Shown here piece by piece: positions 8,971 through 16,184 of a stretch of DNA of 24,000 nt. Both the position numbers and the translations under genes were made by a program. The notes below the pieces were generated by a model, which saw only the letters and a program-made list of their open reading frames with translations, ran no database searches and had not been told where the DNA came from. The DNA is from Coriobacteriia bacterium. GTDB taxonomy: Bacteria > Actinomycetota > Coriobacteriia > Anaerosomatales > Anaerosomataceae. Position 1 is the first letter of the stretch. The number at the start of each line of letters is the position of its first letter. The stretch spans positions 34,254 to 58,253 of the forward strand of contig JAUSBK010000001.1 in the NCBI GenBank assembly GCA_030652115.1, given 5' to 3'.

Positions 8971-10164
8971 TCACTCCCTCATCGCGCTCGCCGGGTCTTG
9001 CCGGCTTGCGCGGATCGCGGGAACGAGCGAGGCAAGCGTTGCCGTCACCACGGAGGCGGCGAGGCCGGCGAGCAAGAGCATCGCGAGTGCGGGCAGCGAC
9101 GGGAAGAGGAACGGCACGCCGATGCGCCCCACGATGTAGTCGTGGAAGAGGTAGGCCGCGAGCGCGGAGAACGCCGCTCCAACGAGACCGCCGGCTGCGG
9201 CCAGAAGCACCGCCTGGATCACGAGTGAGAGGACCACGTGCTCCCGGGTGGCGCCAAGCGCACGCCACACGCCGATCTCCCGGCGTCGCTCGTGCGATGC
9301 CATCGAGAACACGACCGCGATCAGCATGATGGAGAGCGCCACCGTGAGTCCGAGCACGAAGCCCAGGCCGCTGCGCAGCGTGGCGATGTGCAGCCTGAAG
9401 TCGTCGAACATCGAAGGTGCCATCACCACCCCCACATCCTGTACGCGAGTCAGGATGGCGCCGGCAACCGCGTTCGGGTCCTCACCTTCGGCCACCCGCA
9501 CGAGTATCGATGACACGCTGCTGTCCGGGATCTCGAGCGGACGTTCGGCTTCGGTCACCGACAGGCGCGCCATGTCACGCGCCGTCTCGAAGGTGAGAAA
9601 CAGGCTCTGGTCGAGGTTCCCGCCCGTGGGCTCCAGATTCGCTGCGAGCTTGAGCGGGTAGCCGTAGATCTTCAGGCCGCCCTCATCCTCCGACGCCGAA
9701 ACGAACGCGCCGCCCACCGCATCGCCGAGAGCGAGATCCTCGCCGAGCTCGCGTTCGAGCCACGGCTGCACCGTGAAGTCGGTGGCCGGGTCGAACGCCA
9801 CGATGAACATGTCGCTCACCGAGCAACACGACGCGCCCGACAGCGACGCGAGGTACATCTGCGGGCTCGCGGCCTCTACACCCGGGACCTCGCGAATCTC
9901 TTCAACCGCCGAAGCAGACATCCAGACCGTGCCCGGCGTGCCCATGAGAAGCGCACTCTCGACCCTGGCCTCGGTCCCCCGCGGCACCACGAGGAGGTCG
10001 GCCCCCAACCGCCCCTGGGTGAGCCGAAGGCTGTCGTTCGTCCCCTGCAGCACGAGGGCGGCGGCGAGCACGAGCGCCGCAACCAGCATGGCCGAGAGGA
10101 ACACAATCCAGCTGCGGAACTCGTTGCGCGCGATGTCTCTGAGCGCGAGTCGCGTGAACGTCAC
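8971..10164 (-). CDS. ABC transporter permease, FtsX/MacB type (4 TM with a large extracytoplasmic domain between TM1 and TM2)
   Basis: 397 aa with a GTG start and GGAGGG 7 nt upstream. TM1 is WIVFLSAMLVAALVLAAALVL, followed by a soluble domain of about 225 aa and then three C-terminal TMs with the FtsX-type region RRREIGVWRALGATREHV. A vicinal Cys-Cys (ASCCSV, nt 9823-9828) lies in the extracytoplasmic domain. Confidence 0.88.
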   Translation of the reverse strand: MTFTRLALRDIARNEFRSWIVFLSAMLVAALVLAAALVLQGTNDSLRLTQGRLGADLLVVPRGTEARVESALLMGTPGTVWMSASAVEEIREVPGVEAASPQMYLASLSGASCCSVSDMFIVAFDPATDFTVQPWLERELGEDLALGDAVGGAFVSASEDEGGLKIYGYPLKLAANLEPTGGNLDQSLFLTFETARDMARLSVTEAERPLEIPDSSVSSILVRVAEGEDPNAVAGAILTRVQDVGVVMAPSMFDDFRLHIATLRSGLGFVLGLTVALSIMLIAVVFSMASHERRREIGVWRALGATREHVVLSLVIQAVLLAAAGGLVGAAFSALAAYLFHDYIVGRIGVPFLFPSLPALAMLLLAGLAASVVTATLASLVPAIRASRQDPASAMRE

Positions 10165-10228
10165 TCGGGGTCCCTCCGGTGCGATCGGACATCGTCTGCG
10201 GGCGTGGCTCGCGTCACGCGTGGGAGAC

Positions 10229-10660
10229 TCAGGCTGGAGTCTCCTCTCCGGTATCGCCGCTTCCGGCCAGAGCGATAGCAGCTACGCTGAGCGCCGCAGC
10301 GATCGCGCCCAGCAGGATCAGCGACGGCTTCATGACGTTGAGGCATGTCTTGTCCATCGCACACACGCCGATGAGTTCCGTGGGAAGCGCGACGAGCGCG
10401 GCGCCGAGCAGCACGCCGATCACGCCGAGTACGCGCCGCGTCTCCTTGCGATGGCTGACGGCGAGCAGGATGCCTACAACGCCCAGGACCACTGCCACCG
10501 CCACAGAGGCGCGCGACGTCCAGTAGCACTTCATGTCGATCTGCCGGCCATCCTTGGTCGTGATGAAGAGGCCCTCAGCAGTGCAGTTGTTCGTTACGGG
10601 GATGACCACCGCGAGCACAGCTACCACCAGAAGCGCGATGCCGAGCACCTTCATGACCAT
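10229..10660 (-). CDS. Small 4-TM membrane protein with four cysteines in the two predicted outward loops (DUF4418-like)
   Basis: 143 aa. GGGAG lies 6 nt upstream of ATG 10660. There are four hydrophobic segments, and HRKETRR between TM2 and TM3 fixes the topology (positive-inside rule). C26 (NNCTAEG) and C45 (MKCYWT) fall in loop 1; C100 and C106 (GVCAMDKTC) fall in loop 2. The family name is from memory of DUF4418 architecture, not from a search. Confidence 0.7.
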   Translation of the reverse strand: MVMKVLGIALLVVAVLAVVIPVTNNCTAEGLFITTKDGRQIDMKCYWTSRASVAVAVVLGVVGILLAVSHRKETRRVLGVIGVLLGAALVALPTELIGVCAMDKTCLNVMKPSLILLGAIAAALSVAAIALAGSGDTGEETPA

Positions 10661-10757
10661 GGAATACTCCCTTTCGATCGACAGCCATGCGGAAGTCCGC
10701 GCTCAAGAGTTGCGTGCGGGGTTCGTTGGTGCGCTCACGGACATGCGTGGTTACTCG

Positions 10758-10774
10758 ATACCCGTCGGCGGTAG
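10758..10774. promoter_or_regulatory. Imperfect CsoR-type operator-like repeat ATACCC-GTCGG-CGGTAG about 100 nt upstream of the first gene of the copA cluster
   Basis: One half-site matches ATACCC/GGGTAT perfectly and the other matches 4/6 (CTACCG on the minus strand). It shares the GATACCC core with the perfect palindrome at 11995-12010 and lies in the only sizeable intergenic region upstream of the cluster. Confidence 0.3.
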
Positions 10775-10785
10775 GGCCGTAAACG

Positions 10786-11607
10786 CTACTCCGGCTTGCG
10801 CGCGGTGAGCGTGAACATCATCGGGACCTCGGGGTGGCCGTCGGGCATGCCGAAGAGGTCGGGCTCTCGCTCCACCATGCCGAGTGTGTACTTCCACGCC
10901 AGCAGCGGGAACTCCCGGAGTTCGTCGATCACGAGACCTGCACGCACGAGCGCGCCGATGATCTCCTCGAAGGTGTGCTGCCAGGAGTGCGAGGTGCCCG
11001 CGAACTCACCGCCCGGCGCGGCGTAGCTGCCGTACTCCTGCCACTCGAGGGCGTCTCTCATGAAGTACGGGTAGCGCACGCGCAGCTCGGGGGCCTCGGC
11101 CTCATCGTCGAAGATCCAGAGCGTTGGGTGCGCGTCGGCGATCTTGAACACGCCACCCGGTACGAGGCTACGTGCGATCGTGCGCGCCCATGGCTCGAGA
11201 TCCGGCAGCCAGGAGATCACACCATAGGAAGTGAAGACGAGGTCGAACGCGCCTTCTGAGAGCTCCGCCGGAGGAGCGGTGACATCGCCCTCGATGAACG
11301 TAGCCTGGACGCCCATGCGCGACGAGAGATCGCGAGCCGCCACGATGGCTGCGGGCGAGAAATCGAGCCCCGTCGCCTCCGCTCCGAGAAGTGCCAGACG
11401 CACGGTGTCCATGCCGAAGTGACACTGCAGGTGAAGCGCGCGCAGGCCGGCCACGTCACCCACCAACTCCGCGATGATGCGATCGAACGGCCGCGACGCC
11501 GGGTCGGCGATGAAGCCCTCGACATCGTAGAAGTCAGAAGGTACGTGCAGCGCCGTCCAGCGCTGCCAGAGTTCGCGGTTTGCTGCCATCCGTTCGCGGT
11601 CGTCCAT
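10786..11607 (-). CDS. Class I SAM-dependent methyltransferase
   Basis: The track ORF extends to 11727. I prefer ATG 11607 (MDDRERMAANRELWQRW...), which is preceded by GGGGAGGGG. The SAM-binding region is LRALHLQCHFGMDTVRLALLGAEATGLDFSPAAI...DLVFTSYGVISWL. Confidence 0.8.
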   Translation of the reverse strand: MDDRERMAANRELWQRWTALHVPSDFYDVEGFIADPASRPFDRIIAELVGDVAGLRALHLQCHFGMDTVRLALLGAEATGLDFSPAAIVAARDLSSRMGVQATFIEGDVTAPPAELSEGAFDLVFTSYGVISWLPDLEPWARTIARSLVPGGVFKIADAHPTLWIFDDEAEAPELRVRYPYFMRDALEWQEYGSYAAPGGEFAGTSHSWQHTFEEIIGALVRAGLVIDELREFPLLAWKYTLGMVEREPDLFGMPDGHPEVPMMFTLTARKPE

Positions 11608-11725
11608 GCGAGCCCCTCCCCTGCGCCAGATCGGTCCCTGCAGCGGCGAACCGCCAGGAGAAGACGATACGCTACACTCGACGCGGGTTGCAGAGGGCGC
11701 GCGAACGAGAAGAGGCTCTGGTCGC

Positions 11726-11947
11726 ATGACCTGCTACATCAGGCATCTCGGCCGACTGTTCGAGCTGCTCGGTCTCGAGGCCGACACGGTAACCCGCAAG
11801 CGGGTTGACGGCGCGATCCGCGAGGCCTTTGGCCTGGGTGCCGAGGCGCACTGCCCGGAGGTCTGGGCTGCGATCAAACCGCTTTCGGCCCAGGTGCTTG
11901 CGGGCAGACTCCGCGGACCGCTTGGCATGCCGGACCCGGACGCCTGA
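11726..11947 (+). CDS. Small (73 aa) hypothetical protein with paired Cys/His residues
   Basis: MTCYIRHLGRLFELLGLEADTVTRKRVDGAIREAFGLGAEAHCPEVWAAIKPLSAQVLAGRLRGPLGMPDPDA. GAGAAGAGG lies upstream of ATG 11726. The upstream part of the track ORF (11606-11725) is Pro/Arg-rich and overlaps the divergent methyltransferase start. It is on the same strand as the heliorhodopsin gene and 102 nt upstream of it. Confidence 0.5.
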   Translation: MTCYIRHLGRLFELLGLEADTVTRKRVDGAIREAFGLGAEAHCPEVWAAIKPLSAQVLAGRLRGPLGMPDPDA

Positions 11948-11994
11948 AACCACATGAGGACGAGGTAGATGGTGCGTCCGGCGGTGTTACTGGG

Positions 11995-12010
11995 ATACCC
12001 ATAGGGGTAT
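11995..12010. promoter_or_regulatory. Perfect inverted repeat ATACCC-ATAG-GGGTAT, a CsoR/RcnR-family-type operator candidate, overlapping a TATATG -10-like hexamer (12008-12013)
   Basis: Read directly. It lies 40 nt upstream of the preferred heliorhodopsin start (12050). This is an A/T-flanked C-tract/G-tract palindrome in a locally AT-rich patch. Confidence 0.5.
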
Positions 12011-12049
12011 ATGAGCACCAAAGCAACCCGCCCAGGGAGGAGAACGGCA

Positions 12050-12808
12050 ATGGACGAGGAACGCCGCTTCAAGAGATTGAGGCTCTACAACGTCGTGATG
12101 GGCTTCATCCATCTGGCGCAGGGAGCGGCCATCGTTGCGCTCTCGCAGCCGTACGCAGTACCCGTGACCGCCTCGTGGATGAACACCCGCCCGGGTCCGG
12201 GAGTGTTCAGCATGCCGCAGTTGTACTTTGAGTTCGAGCTCGGCTACGCGGTCGCGCTCTTCTTGTTCTTCTCGGCGCTCGCGCACTTCGTGATCGCCGG
12301 ACCGGCGTACAAGCGCTACGTCGAGGGCTTGAAGCAGAGCCGCAACTACTACCGGTGGATCGAGTACTCCCTCAGCTCCTCGCTGATGGTGGTGCTCATC
12401 TCCGCGCTCGTCGGCATCACCGACATAGCAGCCCTCACGGCGATCTTCGGCGTGAACGCGATGATGATCCTGTTCGGCCTGCTGATGGAGAAGTACGAGC
12501 AGCCGGGCAAGCCCGATTGGACCGCGTTCATCTTCGGCAGCATCGCGGGGATCGTGCCCTGGATCGCTATCGCCGACTACCTCTGGGGACCCGGCGCGAG
12601 CGACCTTACGCCTACCTTCGTGTACTGGATCTTCGCCTCGATGTTCGTGTTCTTCAACAGCTTCGCGGTGAACATGATCCTGCAGTACAAGCAGGTCGGT
12701 AAGTGGAAGGACTACCTGTTCGGCGAGTCCTCCTACGTGCTCCTGAGCCTGGTGTCCAAGTCACTGCTAGCGTGGCTCGTGTTCGCGAACGTGCTGATCC
12801 CGCAGTAG
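12050..12808 (+). CDS. Heliorhodopsin (7-TM retinal protein with inverted topology)
   Basis: It aligns along its whole length with the prototype heliorhodopsin 48C12 as I recall it: FIHLAQ (cf VFHLLQ), LAHFVI (cf LFHFIV), RWIEYSLSSSLMVVLI (cf RWVEYSLSSSVMIVLI, counterion Glu), AIFGVNAMMILFG, GSIAGIVPWI, FVFFNSFAV, ILQYKQVGKW, and YVLLSLVSKSLLAW (cf YIVLSLVAKSALAW; Schiff-base Lys codon at 12758-12760). The start is set at ATG 12050 because GGGAGGAG (12035-12042) sits 7 nt upstream. The track start at 12011 abuts the palindrome and -10 element. Confidence 0.93.
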   Translation: MDEERRFKRLRLYNVVMGFIHLAQGAAIVALSQPYAVPVTASWMNTRPGPGVFSMPQLYFEFELGYAVALFLFFSALAHFVIAGPAYKRYVEGLKQSRNYYRWIEYSLSSSLMVVLISALVGITDIAALTAIFGVNAMMILFGLLMEKYEQPGKPDWTAFIFGSIAGIVPWIAIADYLWGPGASDLTPTFVYWIFASMFVFFNSFAVNMILQYKQVGKWKDYLFGESSYVLLSLVSKSLLAWLVFANVLIPQ

Positions 12809-12828
12809 GGCATCACTTGGCGAATCTG

Positions 12829-12865
12829 GCGGGCGGGGCGCAGGCTGCTCCGCCCGCTCTTCGTT
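12829..12865 (+). terminator. Intrinsic terminator of the heliorhodopsin transcript
   Basis: An 11-bp GC stem GCGGGCGGGGC (12829-12839) / GCTCCGCCCGC (12847-12857, one G-U pair), a 7-nt loop, then TCTTCGTT. It begins 21 nt after the stop codon. Confidence 0.6.
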
Positions 12866-12957
12866 CCGTCGGCGTGAGCTCGCGCGGGGTACGATTGGCG
12901 GAGGCACGACCGTCCGCCCGGCGACTTTGCCGAAGGAGAGGGCATCCCCTGAACCGC

Positions 12958-13941
12958 ATGCGCGAACTCCTCCCGCCCGGCAGCGTGGTGCTCGGACCGA
13001 TGGCGGGCGTGACCGAGGCGCCGTTCCGCGGCATCTGCAAGCGGATGGGCGCAGCGCTCACCTACACGGAGATGATCAGCGCGAAAGGGCTGCACTACAA
13101 CCCTGACGCGCGCGTCTCTCGCGCCATGCTCACATTCGATCCGGCCGAGACGCCGTGTGCAGTGCAGCTCTTCGGCTCGGAGCCGGCGCTCATGGCCGAG
13201 CAGGCGGCGCGCATCGTGGCCGAGTACGGCCAGCACGTCGCGTGTATCGACATCAACATGGGCTGCCCGGTCACGAAGATCGTGAGCAACGGCGAGGGCT
13301 CCGCACTCATGCGCACGCCGGAGCTGGCGGCCGAGATCGTGGGCAGGCTGGCCGAAGCGGTCCGGGTACCGGTGACCGTGAAGTTCCGCAAGGGCTGGGA
13401 CGAGGCGAGCGCGAACGCCGTGGACTTCGCGCGCGCCATGGAGGCGGCTGGCGCCTCGGCGCTCTGCGTGCACGGCCGCACGCGCCAGCAGTTCTACCGC
13501 GGCACCGCCGACTGGGACGTGATCGCCGAGGTGAAGGCCGCGGTGAGCGTGCCGGTCATCGGCAGCGGGGACGTGTTTTCGGCAGGCGACGCCAAGGCGA
13601 TGCTCGACCGCACGGGCGCAGACGCCGTGATGGTCGCGCGCGGCGCACAGGGCAATCCGTGGATCTTTCGCGAGGCGCGCGCGCTCATCGACCATGGTGA
13701 GGTGCTCGCTCCCCCGTCGGCGTTCGAGCGAGTGGAGATGGCGCGCGAGCATGCGCGGGCGCTCGTGGCCTTCGGCGGCGAGCACGCGGTCGCGCGCATG
13801 CGCAAGCATGTGGCGTGGTACATCACGGGCATGCCGGGCGCGAGCCACGTGCGCGAGCGCGTGAACCACATCGGTTCCTCGGCGGAACTCGACGCACTGT
13901 TGGTCGAGTACCGCGAGTTTCTGGCCGAACGGGGCGAATAG
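12958..13941 (+). CDS. dusB: tRNA-dihydrouridine synthase (DusB-like)
   Basis: MRELLPPGSVVLGPMAGVTEAPFRGICKRMGAALTYTEMISAKG...DINMGCPVTKIV (catalytic Cys)...VTVKFRKGWD...LCVHGRTRQQFYRGTADW...GSGDV. The start is uncertain: ATG 12958 lies 16 nt from GAAGGAGAGG, and an in-frame CTG at 12949 is better spaced. The track extension to 12703 overlaps the heliorhodopsin gene. Confidence 0.9.
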   Translation: MRELLPPGSVVLGPMAGVTEAPFRGICKRMGAALTYTEMISAKGLHYNPDARVSRAMLTFDPAETPCAVQLFGSEPALMAEQAARIVAEYGQHVACIDINMGCPVTKIVSNGEGSALMRTPELAAEIVGRLAEAVRVPVTVKFRKGWDEASANAVDFARAMEAAGASALCVHGRTRQQFYRGTADWDVIAEVKAAVSVPVIGSGDVFSAGDAKAMLDRTGADAVMVARGAQGNPWIFREARALIDHGEVLAPPSAFERVEMAREHARALVAFGGEHAVARMRKHVAWYITGMPGASHVRERVNHIGSSAELDALLVEYREFLAERGE

Positions 13942-14062
13942 GCGCGGGTTACTCCCGCGGGGCGAGCACGCGAGCGACGTTCAATGTGCGTACATGCAGG
14001 CGCCTGCGGGCAGAAACGCCCTAGGGGCTAGCCGAGGCATGGACGCTCGCGGAGGTCACCCG

Positions 14063-16129
14063 ATGAACGAGCACACCGGACACGGAGAACAGGCGCGCGC
14101 GGACCACAGCGGCCACGACACGCACGGTGGTGGCGGGGCGATGCCTGCGGCCCACGACCGCCATGAGGGCCACAGCGCTGCGATGTTCCGCAGCCGTTTC
14201 TGGCTCTCGCTCGCGCTCACCGTACCCACGGTCATCTGGTCGGAGGCCGTCCAGCACCTGCTCGGCTATTCGGCGCCCGCCTTCCCCGGCTCGGCGTACG
14301 TGCCGGCGGTCTTCGGGACGATCGTCTTTGTCTACGGCGGGCTGCCGTTCCTCAAGGGCGCTCGCAACGAGCTCCGCGACCGGCTGCCGGGGATGATGAC
14401 GCTCATCTCGCTCGCAATCGGCGTGGCGTTCGGCTTCAGCCTCGCGGTCACGCTCGGCGTGCCGGGCATGGACCTGTGGTGGGAGCTCGCGACGCTCGTG
14501 ACGATCATGCTCCTCGGCCACTGGATCGAGATGCGCTCGATCGCGCAGGCCCAAGGCGCTCTCGCGGAGCTGGCGAAACTGCTGCCCGACACCGCCGAGC
14601 GGATCGGCGCCGACGGCTCGGCCGAGCAGGTGCCAGTCTCGGCGCTCACGGCGGGCGACCTCCTGCTCGTTCGGCCGGGCGCACGTGTGCCGGCCGACGG
14701 CGAGGTGGCCGAGGGCGAGAGCACGCTCGACGAGTCGATGATCACGGGAGAATCCCGGCCGGCGAGCAAGGCCGCGGGTGATGCGGTGATCGCCGGCACC
14801 GTGAACGGCGCCGGGTCGTTGCGTGTGCGCGTGACGCGCACCGGCGAGGACACCGCGCTCGCCGGCATCATGCGACTCGTGGCGGGCGCACAGGCGTCGC
14901 GCTCGCGCGCGCAAGACCTCGCGGATCGCGCGGCCAGGCTCCTTACGTTCGTGGCGATCGGGTCCGCGGTGATCACCGCCGTGGCCTGGTGGCTCGTCGG
15001 CGCCGAGTGGACGTACACCGTCGAGCGCGTGGTGACCGTGCTCGTGATCGCATGCCCGCACGCGCTCGGCCTGGCCATCCCGCTCGTGGTCGCGATCTCC
15101 ACGACCCTCGGCGCGCGCAGCGGGCTGCTCGTCCGCGACCGGCGCGGGCTTGAGGAGGCGCGGCTGATCGACACGGTTGTCTTCGACAAGACCGGCACCC
15201 TCACGCTCGCCGAGCACCGCGTGGTTGACGAGGCCTACGCTGAGGGCGTCGACCCGGCAGAAGCGCTCGCGCTGGCAGCCGCCGTGGAGGGCGACTCCGA
15301 GCACCCTGTGGCGCGCGCGATCATCGCGCGAGCCGCCGAGAAGAGCGCCCGGCCTCTGCACGCGAGCGGGTTCGAGGCGCTCCCGGGCCAGGGCGTGCGT
15401 GCGAGCGTGGAGGGCCGCAAGATCGCCGTCGGCGGTCCGGCGCTGCTCGACGCGCTCGACCTCGAGGTCCCGCCCGCACTCGAGGAGGCACTTGCCCGCT
15501 CGGCCGCAGCAGGACGCTCGGCGGTCTATCTGGTGGATGGCGACACGGTGCTGGCTCTGTTCTCCGTCGCCGATGCGGTGCGTCCCGAGTCGCGCGAGGC
15601 GATCGACCGCCTGCACGCCATGGGTATCGATACGGCCATGCTCACCGGAGACGCGGAGCCCGTGGCGCAAGCGGTGGCTGCCGAGCTCGGCATCGACCGC
15701 GTGCTCGCCGAGGTGCTTCCGGCCGACAAGGCGCACGAGATCGAGAAGCTGCAGGCGGGCGGCATGCGCGTCGCGATGGTGGGCGACGGTGTGAACGATG
15801 CGCCGGCGCTTGCGACCGCCGATGTGGGAATCGCGATCGGCGCCGGCACCGAGGTGGCGGTCGAAGCCGGCGACATCGTGCTCGTGCGCTCGGACCCGCG
15901 CGATGTGGCCTCCATCGTCTCGCTCAGCCGCGCCACCTACCGGAAGATGGTGCAGAACCTGTGGTGGGCGGCCGGGTACAACATCGTGGCGATACCACTA
16001 GCCGCCGGGCTGCTCGCTCGCTGGGGAATCGTGCTCTCCCCCGCCGTCGGCGCGGTGCTCATGTCGGCAAGCACGGTGATCGTGGCCGCCAACGCACAGC
16101 TGCTACGGCGGTGGCGCCCCGAAAGCTGA
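14063..16129 (+). CDS. copB: Copper P-type ATPase of the His-rich, CPH-motif class (P1B-3, CopB-like)
   Basis: No HMA domain. The N-terminus is His-rich: [34 protein letters not shown]. It has TGES (MITGESRP), CPH ([12 protein letters not shown]), FDKTGTLT and [10 protein letters not shown]. The start is set at ATG 14063 with GGAGG (14051-14055) 7 nt upstream. Confidence 0.9.
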   Translation: MNEHTGHGEQARADHSGHDTHGGGGAMPAAHDRHEGHSAAMFRSRFWLSLALTVPTVIWSEAVQHLLGYSAPAFPGSAYVPAVFGTIVFVYGGLPFLKGARNELRDRLPGMMTLISLAIGVAFGFSLAVTLGVPGMDLWWELATLVTIMLLGHWIEMRSIAQAQGALAELAKLLPDTAERIGADGSAEQVPVSALTAGDLLLVRPGARVPADGEVAEGESTLDESMITGESRPASKAAGDAVIAGTVNGAGSLRVRVTRTGEDTALAGIMRLVAGAQASRSRAQDLADRAARLLTFVAIGSAVITAVAWWLVGAEWTYTVERVVTVLVIACPHALGLAIPLVVAISTTLGARSGLLVRDRRGLEEARLIDTVVFDKTGTLTLAEHRVVDEAYAEGVDPAEALALAAAVEGDSEHPVARAIIARAAEKSARPLHASGFEALPGQGVRASVEGRKIAVGGPALLDALDLEVPPALEEALARSAAAGRSAVYLVDGDTVLALFSVADAVRPESREAIDRLHAMGIDTAMLTGDAEPVAQAVAAELGIDRVLAEVLPADKAHEIEKLQAGGMRVAMVGDGVNDAPALATADVGIAIGAGTEVAVEAGDIVLVRSDPRDVASIVSLSRATYRKMVQNLWWAAGYNIVAIPLAAGLLARWGIVLSPAVGAVLMSASTVIVAANAQLLRRWRPES

Positions 16130-16147
16130 CCGACCCCACCATATCAC

Positions 16148-16178
16148 TTGTGTTATTTCATCACACATGCGTTATACT
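16148..16178 (+). promoter_or_regulatory. Putative promoter (TTGTGT ... TATACT) with an embedded inverted repeat TGTGT-N9-ACACA, positioned for a leaderless mntA-hepT mRNA
   Basis: TATACT at 16173-16178 ends 6 nt before ATG 16185. TTGTGT at 16148-16153 gives a long 19-nt spacer. The repeat arms are 16149-16153 and 16163-16167. This is an AT-rich island immediately after the copB stop. Confidence 0.4.
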
Positions 16179-16184
16179 CGCAGC

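Noticed and set aside
10210-10220. 11-nt palindrome CGCGTCACGCG between the DUF4418-like gene and the permease gene
   Set aside because: It is too short for a stable hairpin (a 4-bp stem with a 3-nt loop) and has no U-tract. It is likely a chance GC palindrome.
11606-11727. Mutually overlapping 5' extensions of the methyltransferase ORF (to 11727) and the small plus-strand ORF (from 11606)
   Set aside because: The two extensions overlap each other on opposite strands and are Pro/Arg/Gly-rich. Internal ATGs at 11607 and 11726 each have a purine-rich SD.
11726-11947. The idea that the 73-aa Cys/His protein is the CsoR-family repressor for the nearby palindromes
   Set aside because: It lacks the CsoR/RcnR hallmarks as I know them: the RL-RIEGQ-RG helix 1 and the C-H-C spacing on helices 2 and 3. 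It is also shorter than family members.
12011-12049. ATG 12011 as the heliorhodopsin start (13 extra residues)
   Set aside because: It has no SD, and the ATG directly abuts or overlaps the palindrome and the -10-like TATATG. ATG 12050 has a strong GGGAGGAG at the ideal distance. This has not been excluded experimentally.
12733-13869. 378-aa minus-strand ORF
   Set aside because: It is antisense to dusB. The product is Arg/His/Ala-rich and has no motif.
13996-14026. GC palindromes GCAGGCGCCTGC and CCCTAGGG upstream of copB as CsoR-type operators
   Set aside because: They are short, lack the ATAC/GTAT flanks, and are expected by chance in sequence this GC-rich. They are mentioned only as context.
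14021-15736. 571-aa minus-strand ORF
   Set aside because: It is antisense to the copB-type ATPase and is a shadow ORF.
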